64,000 nt of DNA, taken from assembly GCF_001194135.2 (NCBI RefSeq), contig NC_068982.1, positions 95,839,464 through 95,903,463 on the forward strand, read 5' to 3'. The position numbers and the translations under genes are program-made. The notes below the pieces were generated by a model. The model made no database searches. It worked only from the letters and a program-made list of their open reading frames with translations, and was not told the origin of the DNA. The stretch is from Octopus bimaculoides (taxonomy: Eukaryota). Shown piece after piece: positions 13,612 through 25,419 of the stretch (position 1 is its first letter; each line of letters begins with the position of its first letter).

Positions 13612-15276
13612 ATGATGGGTATGGTCCGCGTTTCGAACGAGACGGTTAGGCCATTTTGCGGCAAGGGAGACGTCGCCGCTTGGTTGAAAAAAAATTAAGT
13701 TGGTGGCAAGACTCCACAGTATAGATGACCTAGCGAGTTTCATATCATTGTACCTTGATGGATCGGCGTTGGCGCTATACCTGAAAATGGAGGAGAAGGA
13801 CCAGTTAAACACAGAAAAAATAGAAATCCCGCTGATGGAGGCTTTAATGGGAGGGCCATTCATGGTATATGGTCGACTGGGGAAAGCGAAGTGGACGGGT
13901 GAACAGGTCGATGTGTTTGCCAACGAAATCAGGAGGTTGGCCAATTTGCAGAATACAAAGACGAGGCACTGGAACAAACAGTTAAATTAGCGTTTGTGAC
14001 TGAATTTCCTGACCACATGTCGGTCGAACTGCAAATACTGCCGAATATTCACTCCATGGCGATCGAAGAGGTAATATCTCGGGCCAGAGTCCTCACCTTG
14101 TGTTGCAGGACGACACCGCTAGCAGTGACTGCAACAACGAGAAGGGGTCAAAGAGCGGCGGAGAGGGGTCGAACAAGGAACGTGGAAAGGACAGTGGAAT
14201 GGTACTGGAAGGGAGATCCTTCAACGTTGAAAAATGCAGTAGGCTGCTATTACCATACCCTGAAAGGGAATGCCAGAAGTGAGTTCGAGGGAGAGGTGGA
14301 ACGATGGATCAAGGAAGGCATTATGATCCCTTGGAAGGAAGAAGTTGAGAGTGGAGTGCTACCGCTGATGGCAGTGGTGCAGCCGGCGAAGTATAAAGTC
14401 AGGCCAGTATTAGATTTTCGAGAGCTGAACAACCACGTATTGTGCCATACGGGCGGCGAAGTCACGGACATTTGCAGCGAAACCTTGAGAGAGTGGAGGC
14501 AGATGATAGGGGCCTCAACAATCGTCGATTTGAAGTCGGCATACCTGCAGCTGTATGTGGCTGAGAAACTGAGGAAACATCAGCTAGTAAGGTACAAGGG
14601 TTGGACATACTGCCTGACCAGGTTGGGATTCGGGCTGAATTCAGCACCGAAGATTATAGTGACGATTTTCAAAACCATCCTGGGAAAATTGGACAAAATG
14701 AAAAGAGCCACCAATTCCTATATTGACGACATCCTAGTGGACGAGAGCATAGTGTCGGCAAAGGAGGTCATAAGCCACCTGAAGAGTTTCGGGCTAAGTG
14801 CCAAAACACCGGAGACGATGGAAGGGGGAGCTGCATTGGAACTCAAGCTACGGAGAGACAAGACCGGCGCGTTGGTGTTTCGGAGAAAGAATGAGATCCC
14901 AGAACTAGGCACCAAGACGAGTAAGCGAGAACTGTTTTCTATGTGTGGGAATCTGCTGGGACACTACCCGATTGTAGGATGGCTCTGGACAGCATGCAAC
15001 TTCATCAAGAGGCGAGCTGAAGGAGTGAGGTGGAGTAACAAAGTGAGTGAGAAGACAACTGCTATGATGCAATAAGTCTTGAAGAGAGTGACTGCGGAGG
15101 ACCTAGTGAGAGGAAACTGGTGTGTGCCCAAATTGAAGAATGAGATCGTGTGGTGTGATGCTAGCAGCATAGCAACGGGAGATGTCCTGGAAAGTGGAGG
15201 TATCGGAGTGGAGAATGCGGCCTGGCTCAGGAAGAAGGACGACTGCAACTACATCAACGTGGCGGAGCTGGATGCC
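13612..15276 (+). mobile_element. Gypsy/Ty3 LTR-retrotransposon internal region, degenerate (gag, RT, partial RNase H)
   Basis: gag-like MVRVSNETVRPFCGKGDVAAWLKK/IKLVARL...YLDGSALALY with a frameshift; RT motifs VRPVLDFRELN, DLKSAYLQL, LGFGLNSAP, YIDDILV; RNase H WCDASS...INVAELDA. No recognisable protease or integrase. Confidence 0.9.
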
Positions 15277-17065
15277 TGTTACATAGTTACGAGGATGTCT
15301 GTACTGTTACATAGTTTGGGGGAGTCAAATTTGGTCAGCATAGTTGTTATTGACGTTGAGAGAGTTTGGAACATAGTTAACTGACAAGTACTTTTTTTTT
15401 TCAATAAATTCTTCTTCAACATTGACCCGATTATAATTGTAGCTGGATAATTTTTGGTGTTTAACAATCAAAAAGTTCTCTTTGTTGGAGTCCAAGTCTA
15501 TTTTTTTCCCACACTAATGACTAATTTGATAATTTTCAATATTCAAAGAAATATCTAAACTGGAGCAAAATGAGTAATGACTAATTTCAATATGGATCTT
15601 TTTGCAAATGTAAAGAACTGAAAAAACAAATTTACCTTCATTCGTTGGACTCATTTTGCCCCACCTAAATTTCTATTTTGTATTCCCAGAGAACAGAGAT
15701 AATTTTCTGAAATAGTGTTCTGAATATGTTACATTGTTTTTAATGCATTTAGAGGTCATTTGCTTAGCTGATGTAGTTTTTGTGAGATAGTGAACAGCTG
15801 TAAAAAAAACCTTTACTTTTTTTTTCCGAAAGTTAAAAATGCAGGAAATATAACTCATTGTACCCCAACCCCTATTGTTTTTCCTTTTCGTTGTTTTATT
15901 TATACCCCACAATCTGAAATACTTGTAATTCGCCTTCTCTTCATTGTACCTTTCACGATTAAAATCATACACTACAAGTGGATGTGTGAAAAACAAAATT
16001 TGAATTTTTAATGCAGTATGTATAAAACGATAATTTCAGTAGTTTAAAATGTAGAAAGTAAGTTTTAATTGAAAAAAGTATAATGGGACCAAAAATATCT
16101 TTCGTTTCCCTGTCTATCATTGTAAGTTCGTTGTAGCAGCACTTTGTTCTAAATGAAACGGTATATATTTTTTTGTTTGTTTGTTTCTCTTGTGTGGGAG
16201 ATGGAAAAATAGATCTTTTCTGTTTTCTTCCAACCACTTGGAGAAAAATAAATCAGAAATTACCAATTTTGTTCCAGCCACCCCTATATTTTGCTGTTCC
16301 AAAGGTACAATGGTGACTGAGACAACGTTTAAAAAACATGGCTTTAAAATTTTTTTTAAGGCTTTCTCTGTAATGTTTCGTAATGTGCGATACAAAAAAT
16401 AAGCTGGAAAAATCCCGACCAAAACGAAAAAATTCTAACATATATAGGGCAGCAACTCCGGGGGGTCCGCCCTTATTTCTTACATATAATGAATAATCTC
16501 AGCATATTCAAGTTCCGAGTTGGAAGCTCAGTGTAGGAGAGAAAAGAATGTACATAAAGAAAATTAATGAACCTAGAAATTATAGTAAGCATGTATACAC
16601 ACACGTTTTATATATATGTACAAAATTGATTCACAACTGGATCTTTCCTGCCTTGGAAACAATTATTTAAAGATGCTTACCTTCTAAGGTCAAGAAAGTC
16701 TTATTAAACATGTAAAGGTTTGCGCCAAAAAGTTTTAGTGCGTTTAGTTAAACGTTCCTGGGGAGAATAAGAACCTGACGTTTCTTCGTAACAGACAATC
16801 GTCTGAGAAAGAGAAACATCAGTTGAACAGATGTCTCACTCTTTTTATTTTATCTAGTTATTGCTTTCTCTTCTCTATATAGCCATCTCTTTCTCCTATA
16901 CTCTCTCAGATAAAAGCAATCCTGAAATGTCAAAGTCTCTGTCTTCCTATAGTAGACGATCACTCAACTAGTGACGATTCTCAGTAAGACTGGTTGCTGC
17001 AAGCATTATTCTGAGTAAAGTAACTCTACGGATTCTAATTCAAAATATTTCTTCGCCACCCCACC

Positions 17066-17218
17066 CACTAGCTTAGCTGGGAGAAGGCCGTAGGGGCGGT
17101 CCGCCCCGGGCAACACTTTTAAAGGAGCACCACTTTTGGGTCTGCGTTTTTTTGTGGGGTCCAGAGGCGGCAAACGGAAGGGCTGCCCCGGCCGGCACAC
17201 ACTCCAGCTACGCTAGTG
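17066..17218. mobile_element. GC-rich 153-bp MITE
   Basis: 15-bp TIR CACTAGCTTAGCTGG / CCAGCTACGCTAGTG (1 mismatch); TSD unclear. Confidence 0.7.
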
Positions 17219-17493
17219 CCCCAATCAAATGTATGCCATGCGGCAATCAGCGACGAGAAAATACCTTTTAGTCAGCTGTCGAGTAGTTAATAAACTCTTA
17301 CTGGGTTACAAAGTTACACTAGCATTATTAAACGTGTAACAGCTCCAAATATGTTTTACAGCTGCATTTAGAATATTAGATGCTAAGAACTCATAAAAGC
17401 AAAGCTAAAAATGAATAAAGATTAAGCTTGATAAGCATAACTATAACCAAAGATGTTTCAATAATCCAGTCTTTTTTTTTTTTTTCAGACAGT

Positions 17494-17878
17494 ATTATTT
17501 CATTCTTTTACTTGTTTCAGTCATTTGACTGCGGCCATGCCGGAGCACCGCCTTTAGTTGAACAAATCGGCCACATGAATGATTCTTTGTAAGCCGAGTA
17601 CTTATTCTGTCGGCCTCTTTTGCCGAACCGCTATGTTACGGGGACGTAAACACACCAACACCGGCTGCCAACACACCAGCATGGGTGGAGACACAAACAT
17701 ATATATATATATATATGACAGGCTTCTTTTAGTTTCCGTCTACCAAATCCACTCACAAGGCTTTGGTCGGCCCCAGGCTATAGTAGAAGACATTTGCCCA
17801 AGGTACCACGAAGTGGAACTGAATACGGAACCATGTGGTTGAGAAGCAAGCTTCTTACCACACAGTCACGCCTGTGCC
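17494..17878 (-). mobile_element. tRNA-derived SINE family B (representative copy)
   Basis: Head GGCGTGACTGTGTGGTAAGAAGCTT..., central (TA)/(TG) tract, tail GCATGGCCGCAGTCAAATGACTGAAACAAGTAAAAGA. Other copies or fragments at about 64-257, 362-560, 1120-1497, 7039-7348, 24520-24670, 34391-34762, 34810-34960, 42250-42380, 43455-43862, 57300-57440 and 62590-62750. Confidence 0.85.
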
Positions 17879-18134
17879 TTATTAAAGTATATTAAAGGTA
17901 AATTTCTGTATTAACACCAGCACGATTTTCACTAAGAAAAAAAAACTCGGATTTTTACGTGCAATCAAGTACCCTGACCTAATATGCTGTAAATCNNNNN
18001 NNNNNTCGGCCCCAGGCTATAGTAGAAGACATTTGCCCAAGGTACCACGAAGTGGAACTGAATACGGAACCATGTGGTTGAGAAGCAAGCTTCTTACCAC
18101 ACAGTCACGCCTGTGCCTTATTAAAGTATATTAA

Positions 18135-18541
18135 AGGTAAATTTCTGTATTAACACCAGCACGATTTTCACTAAGAAAAAAAAACTCGGATTTTTACGTG
18201 CAATCAAGTACCCTGATCTAATATGCTGCAAATCCCTTATTTAGGTTCGGAAAAGGGGGGCGTTTCCCCTCCCCCTTTTTTCGTGCGAGTGAAAAGATCC
18301 ACCTCACCCCACCCCGATTTTGTAGCATATTAGGTCACAGTAATTCATTCATCGAAAAAAACTTTTCCAATGATTCCGGGATGGGTCCCCCCCCCCTACT
18401 CGCCCCTCCTTTTTTCCGAATCAAAATAAGGGATTTGCAGCATATTTGGAGTTCAGGGTACTTGATCGCACGCAAAAAATCCAACTTTCTTTTTTTTTTT
18501 CTTAGTGTAAATCGTGCGGGTGTTAATACAGAAATTTGCCT
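18135..18541. mobile_element. MITE with long TIRs (Kolobok-like AGG...CCT ends)
   Basis: Left AGGTAAATTTCTGTATTAACACC and right GGTGTTAATACAGAAATTTGCCT, with about 120 bp of imperfect inverted arms; TTAA on the left flank only. A one-arm relative lies at about 12518-12680. Confidence 0.75.
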
Positions 18542-19978
18542 TTTCTTATTGCTTCAATAGTAAAGAAGGTAGCGCCATGTCAGCCATGAACGAGCAAAGC
18601 TATAAAAGACCATCCTATTTTTCTTTTGGAGTATCTAGGAATATGTTAACCCCTGTGTCGTTCCATTTATAAAACGGTAGGGCAATGATTCTCAATTCGT
18701 GGTGTGCTTCACATGGAAAGTTTTTAAATAATCGTCATCAAATAAAATTTAAAAAAGGAGGAAAGTTAAGAAAAATCTCTTTCATACTTTTCAAAACGCT
18801 CAAATACAGTAATAGTTGATTATTTTCTGCTGTTTTAAAGAAGGTATTGGTAACCCTTTTTCGAGAAGCGGGTGGCAAGACACAGTTCATCATCAGGCAG
18901 ACAGCATTACTAAAAAAAGGCCTCGAGGTAATTTTTCGTCAGGTCTGCTACTCAGAAATTTCTGAGAGCTGCAGATTGGCTATGACTGAAAAATGTTTTA
19001 CGTTGTTTTGTTTGTTTGTTTGTTTGTTTAATCTGTGGCACACCGTTTGAAAACCATTGCAAATAAAGTACGATTTAAGACATTTGGCTTCTATTTCTAG
19101 CATACCGAGTACTCACATAAGGGTCTATCTTAATAAAAAAAAAAGTTGTGTTCTTGGGTGCGAGAAAATTATGAAAGTAACTTTTAAATTAACTCTTCTG
19201 GATAGTAACATTAGTTAATAATCAGTTAGCTCTGCACGACAAGTTAAAGCCTTCCAGCTGCATCTAATATGCAGGTAATTAAACGGAATTTTTTCTATTT
19301 CTAGTATTTTTCCTCGTTTAGCGTTTAGATGGGAACAATTACCGTGTAAAACGTATTTCGTGGTTAAAATAAAACAATGGTCACTAAATAAATATTAATT
19401 TAGTAACGGTGAACAATTTCTTAAAGAATGAAGCAAGTAAAAAGAGAAAACTATCAATCTTTTAATAATCTCATTCATTTAGGAAAAGATGATTTATATT
19501 TCAGGAACAGGTGTTGGAAAAGTTTCCCCACGAAGACGTCATAGGTTATAGGACACACTTTATAACTTCTCTCTGGGAGAGTTCAATTTTCAAGTGGAGA
19601 TTATGATAAAGTGGCTTAATTGAATATTGAGTGGAGGGTTTCGGAATACAGGTTCGAACTATATGGGAAGAAAATGTCAAATATTTACAATCTGTTGAAT
19701 AAAAACCATTCCATATTGAAGATCAATCAATAAAACGAGACAAGTAAACAAACCCACCGAATTATGTTTGTCAGGAAAAAAAATTTAAACAAATCTGCGA
19801 AAAATAATTTGAAATAATGGAAAAACGATACCATTTTACTGATGTATAAACCTTTACTTTCTTTGTAAACAAGATTGATGATTATGTTGGTGGTAGGAGT
19901 GGTTGAGAGGCAAAAATAGTCAAAACAAACTAAAGGCGACAAATGTGTTCCATCAAGTACAAGTAAGAGTAATAATCT

Positions 19979-20938
19979 TCACAGTGGACAATATTCTCGA
20001 ATAATGTTACCTCCAGAATTTGAAACAGGTCTCAAATAACCGCTGTTGCCAGAAAGCCATTCTATATATTCTGCTTGTGTTGAGTCAAATGGTGAGGAGA
20101 GAGTTTCTGTCAGTACTTGGTCAGTGGTGTCATTGGCTCCATTGAAAATTCCGGTCCAACAGAACGGGTACATAGAGAGTAATTGAATATCCTGCTCATT
20201 TTCAAACTCGTTCTTAATGTAAGAGGAGAGGATATCTCTCAGTTGTAGTTTTTTCATGAAACGCTGTCTACCTGACTCCATTTCTGATTGCTCGAACTTG
20301 CCATGCTTTGAGTCTAATTTCGAAACAGCTTCATTGTTAATCTTTGACCGTCTATTTCGAGTTTCTCGTTGCTTTTCACAATGTCCCACATTAGCTAGTT
20401 TTTCTTCTTCTAGACTGTTATTGTTTTTATTCAGTGCCGCATGGAAATCAGGGGGTAATTCCTCGGAATAATCAAATTCATCAGGGTCCCTCTTTAGTTT
20501 CAGAGATCTTCGGCTAACACGTTGACCGAAGCCACATTTATAAAAAGGTATGGTTTTCCGCCTGGTCTTTATATTTGCTAATAAATCCTGCCGGCCTCTT
20601 CGAAAGTAAGGGTGGCTGAATGAAAAAACACCTCTAGAAGACACATGCCAGCCAAAACTATATTCGCGGAAAAGACGCCTCAGGTTAGTAAACTGTGGAA
20701 TTTGAACAAAGCCTGGATATAAGTCCATTACTAAAGCTTCATAGTTTTTAGGTCCAGGATTTTCTTCAATTAAGGAATTTGAAGCATTTTGTTGTGTAGG
20801 AAAGCCTAGTGATATTCTTACGCCATTACTGTCCCACCGAAGAATACGGCCGTCCTCAACTACTGCATAAAGTTTCTCTGGAAATTTGTCACCACGCTGA
20901 AGATAAAGGCGGACCTTTTGCTTTCTTTCTGGATTCAT
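19979..20938 (-). CDS. Intronless HSF-type DNA-binding-domain protein (divergent, HSF5/HSFY-like architecture), 319 aa
   Basis: Uninterrupted ORF; first ATG at 20938 (the ORF track starts 9 codons earlier at a TTG). N-terminal motifs FPEKLYAVVED..ILRWDSNG, FTNLRRLFREYSF and FSHPYFRRGRQDLLANIKTRRK line up with HSF DBD helix 1/W-G, helix 3 (canonical SFVRQLNMYGF) and the C-terminal F.HP.F.RG...LL..IKR. Confidence 0.85.
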   Translation of the reverse strand: MNPERKQKVRLYLQRGDKFPEKLYAVVEDGRILRWDSNGVRISLGFPTQQNASNSLIEENPGPKNYEALVMDLYPGFVQIPQFTNLRRLFREYSFGWHVSSRGVFSFSHPYFRRGRQDLLANIKTRRKTIPFYKCGFGQRVSRRSLKLKRDPDEFDYSEELPPDFHAALNKNNNSLEEEKLANVGHCEKQRETRNRRSKINNEAVSKLDSKHGKFEQSEMESGRQRFMKKLQLRDILSSYIKNEFENEQDIQLLSMYPFCWTGIFNGANDTTDQVLTETLSSPFDSTQAEYIEWLSGNSGYLRPVSNSGGNIIREYCPL

Positions 20939-20939
20939 T

Positions 20940-21320
20940 TTAACTTGGTATAATTTAGTTGGCAAACATATATATTGTTTTATGATTCTTTTTCCGTATA
21001 CTACATAGCAACATAGTGCAGCGAAACATGAGTCTCACTGAACGCATGTCCGTTAGTTCTTTGCTCGTGGGGTTTTCACGAGTAAACCGGATGTTAGCCA
21101 TGTGACTGCGTTTCAGAAGTAGATTTTAACACATTTTAATATATGTATCGTCAAACACAAGGCAAATCTAAGAATAAATCTATGAATTTACAAGGTCATT
21201 TTTCGTAAGTATTTTGTCTCACTGTAATTAATCTTAATAGAACGAAATACCATTTAAGCTAAAAACGAACACCACATGTTTGAAGTCCTCAAGTATCGGA
21301 TAGCAAAGACGGTGAGGGTA
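20940..21320. promoter_or_regulatory. Candidate bidirectional promoter / MARF1 non-coding first exon
   Basis: CpG-retaining, repeat-free DNA directly upstream of the HSF-like ATG; two plus-strand donor-like sites ACG|GTGAGG (GT at 21312) and AGG|GTAAGA (GT at 21318); CpG depletion begins shortly downstream. Confidence 0.4.
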
Positions 21321-23877
21321 AAGAATACGCACACCTGGTGTTTATGGTTAGGCTGAAAAAGGGTGGTATGCGTAGTCTTTACCCCCGCCGCAAAGAGAAT
21401 GTGATCAAGTCTAGACCAGTGAACAGTGCAAGTTAAATTAAACTTTCATGCTAGACATTCTTATATCTATATTTACGGAGACATTCATCGGCTATTTCCT
21501 AGCCTCTTAAATCTGGTCAAAAGAACTTTTAAAATGGGCCATCTAACGAAAAATCGATTTCTCAAATGTTTGAACAAAATGGAAAATGGAATGTTGTTGT
21601 GCCCATGCCTCTACTAATGACCTCAGTATGTTGAAACAACAAAACGTAAAAATTGACTACCCTCTTTTATTCTATGAGGCTCGATAATTCAAAATATATA
21701 GAGAATCCTGAAAATTTTGTGTAAGGTGAAATCACTTTAATTCCACAAATATTTTAAAGCTTTTGGTAGTAAATTTACACTAGAATATTCGTTGCCAACA
21801 GCATTTCTTCCATAAAATTGTTTCTTTTTTTCAAGAGCGTTTGTAAATGAAAAAAAATTGTCTTGCTTATATATAAATTGCACTACATGTGAGTGTCATC
21901 ACAGCATGTCAGAGTGTGCAGTGCGGTCCTTGGTTAGGAAGAGATATACATTGTGTATCAAGAGACATTGTAAAAACAATATATATATTGTTTATGCGTC
22001 CACTTGTCTCCGTTTTCTTGCGATAGAACCTTCGGTGCTTTTAGCATATCGAAAATTAATATCAAGACAAAACAGTACATCAAGCTACCTGTCGAAAATT
22101 TGGACCGTTCGCCTGACGTGACTGACGTTGCATTTATCTATAGCAAAATAAGTCAACTCTTACAGGCCCAGTACACCTAGAAGTCCTAATTTAACAGACC
22201 CATGATCAAAGGCATTCCAACCGTAACTATCGTCTTACTCCTAGACATATTGTGCCCAGAAACACCTAATATAAGATGTCCTTTTTACCTAGGAAACTAG
22301 AGGGAAATTTGAGATAAATTTGGCTGCTTTTTTTTTTTTTTTTTTGTAGATCGAACTTGTAGACGCTACCATTCATCTATCTCCGATGTAGATATTTAGA
22401 TACATTCCCTCACTAATACTAAGTGCAAAAGAACAGCTACCGTCGAGCTCAGCTGAGTCCACCACCAGAAACTACATTCCTTTAGAAATCAACTGGACAG
22501 TGGAGAGAGTGTATCTCCGGACTGTCACATTGCAGTGCAGTCCTTGGTTAGGAAGAGACATTGTATATCAGGAACAACAAATGTGAACTGTAAAAACCAC
22601 ATGATCAGTGAAATATCTAATTTGGCATAATATTCACACCTTTACATCTCTTTTATTGCTGTGTAATGCTCAGTAATTAATTCCAACAGTAACTTGAAAA
22701 CTTATTCCCCTAAATGTCTGGCTATGTGCCAATGTTAGAAACTATATAAAAGGACATAAAAACAGAATCTTCTATATTGTAATAAATTCAAATTAATTAT
22801 ACTTACATTTCACTAGCCTAGAAAAATTTAAACTATACTCTGAAAGACACTACCTTTGTCGTACCAACTATTGATGTTTATGTAATTGGAAGCTGAAAGG
22901 TAATTTAACATTAGAACATTAATCTAAGGATTTTGGTTAAACTGCATCTAATAATTTTTTCATGATCACTAATTGCTACAGTTATCTCTATTTTAGGTGG
23001 TGGTAGCAAGGGTCATGTTAATAGCAATCATGATAATGGTAGCAGTGTTTGGAATCATTGTAGTGGTGATGATAGTTGGCAAGATCAGAATAATATCAGT
23101 AATTAGAATGACAGTGAGTTGCTGTGATCAGTACATTACTGCAAGTGTGGCACAGAGATTAGATCAGGCATAGGCAACTTTTTATGCAAAGTGGGCTACA
23201 TGAGACATGTCTTACCTGCAGGTGAGTTACACTACTAAAAATTCAAGATAATTTTTCATTAGGGACACTATTCAGAAAGTCCCATAGATTGTCCATGACT
23301 GTGTTAGCTATTGTCAACCAGTTTTGATACAGAAAATATCTTACATAGTATTTTGTTTTAGCAATGTCAGTGTACCATACAGCTGGATTAACTAAGATCA
23401 CTTTTGGTTCAGCTGGACTTTCAGTGCACGTGGTCAATTCTGATACAGCAAGTTTCTCAAAGATTTGCTGAAACAACAGTCTACTAGATTGAGTGTTGGA
23501 GTATCAGCGTGAAATCCAATGCGGGATTTTTGTTACTGCTATGAAGCCCTAATGATCTCTGATCAAGCAAAAGTATGATCAAAAGCATTCCAGCCATGAC
23601 TATCTCATCTTGTTTCTATTCTACATCCAGGTCTATATTCCATTTTTTAAAAGAAAAGTCTGTATTATCTGTTGTGTCCCTTTTTACCATTTCAGTAAGG
23701 TGACTTGATAATAATTTGGCTGCTATTTGTAGAACGTTGACAGGCCTTATAGATGCAGCTTGGCTACCATGAATAAGTAGTGCACAAGTGTCTATTCAAA
23801 AGAATATTTTTTTGTTAAAACTTGTGCTTAGTCCAGAAGAAGCCAATTCAGTTCACTGTCTGTTTATAAAAAAATTA

Positions 23878-24262
23878 GTGGAGGTGCAATGGCCCAGTGG
23901 TTAGGGCAGTGGACTCGCGGTCATAGGATCACGGTTTCAATTCCCAGACCAGGCATTGTGAGTGTTTATTGAGCGAAAACACCAAAAGCTCCACGAGGCT
24001 CTGGCAGGGGATAGTGGCAAACCCTGCTGTACTCTTCCACCTCAACTTTCTCTCACTCTTTCTTCCTATTTCTGTTGTGCCTGTAACTCAAAAGGTCAGC
24101 CTTGTCACACTTTGTCACGCTGAATATCCCAAAGAACTACGTTAAGGGTACACGTGTCTGGAGTGCTCAGCCACTTGCACGTTAATTTCACAAGCAGGCT
24201 GTTCCGTTGATTGAATCAACTGGAACCCTCGACATCATAAGCGATGGAGTGCCAACAACAAC
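23878..24262 (+). mobile_element. SINE family A, full length, CpG-decayed
   Basis: Same consensus; flanked by an ATAAAAAAA(A)TTA duplication. Confidence 0.9.
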
Positions 24263-25419
24263 ATAAAAAAAATTACCTTTTACCTTCCATTTGGCTTGTT
24301 ACTACCATCATTTTTAACATCCACTTTTCCATACTTGCTTGCATCAGATGAAGTTTGAGATAGATCTATTATAGCTGATTGCATTTCCTGTCACCAACCA
24401 CCATTTGTTTCCAAACAAGGTAATATTTCCCAATGGTCACATGTTTCCACAATATCGGAAATAAATGATACTGCTTGTGTGACAGTAACACAAGGAGAAA
24501 CAAGCATACATGTACACACACAATGAGATTCTTTCAGTTTCCATTTACCAAATCCACTCACAAGGCTTTGGTCTGCCCAGTGCTATAGAAGACAATTCCC
24601 TAGGTGCTATGCTGTGGTACTGAACCCAAGACTATGTGGTTGGGAAACAAACTTCTTAACCACATAGCCATCCCTATATCTACAAATTCATTTTAATTAA
24701 CCTATTAATGATCTTAAAAAAATAACAAAACATTGTTATTCTTTTAGTGTGTGGAGGAGATGTAAAACTTCCAGTCAGAAAAATCTGCAACCAGTTTCAA
24801 ATCTTTATGGGATCCAAAAACAGGTCTCAGAAAAAATAGATTTTTAGTTTTTGCCATAAATATTTTAACCAGAAGCTATATTACAAATCTAAAAAATTAG
24901 ATTAAACCAATGTGCTTTTTTTTTTTTTTAAAGAACAGAGAGTAGCTCAAAAGATTTGGCTATTTTTACCTCTGGGAAATCAGTGCCTTAAGAAATAGCA
25001 AAACAGACTGGATAGAGGAGAAAATGCAACAGGCCCATACAATAAAGAGCCTCTACATAAACAATTGACATGCTAGAAATAGCAGCTGAATCATCCTTAA
25101 ATCATAATTTCTTTAATAAAAATGTAAGTACACATTGAACAATGTAGCTGTAGATATGCAAAAGACAGGATAGTCACAATGGTAATACCCTTTAAATTTT
25201 AGGTTCATTTAACTGGACTTCACTTGGAACAACTATTGTAGGAACAGTGTGTCGTTTTCAAATTGACAGAGGTAAAATATAGCTAGAGAACTGGCTCTAC
25301 AGATCTCATTGAGTTGCTCAGCCAACTACCTTTGTGCTATAGTTCTCAAATAGAATATGTTACATCTACATGGCATCATATCATCTTGAAATAAATTGAT
25401 ATTTATCTCAACACCCTGT

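Noticed and set aside
17765-18240. About 230-bp duplication including a SINE-B head and MITE arm
   Set aside because: Brackets a 10-N gap; scaffolding overlap artefact.
23243-23476. 77-aa minus ORF, possibly an L1/Tx1 endonuclease remnant belonging to the ORF1 units
   Set aside because: Only faint motif resemblance (YTD, W.F) and about 2 kb from the ORF1 units; cannot be supported without a search.
24745-24830. VCGGDVK... as a possible MARF1 RRM1 exon (DNCGGKV-like)
   Set aside because: Similarity is limited to CGG.V, the flanking residues do not fit RRM1, and there is no convincing donor.
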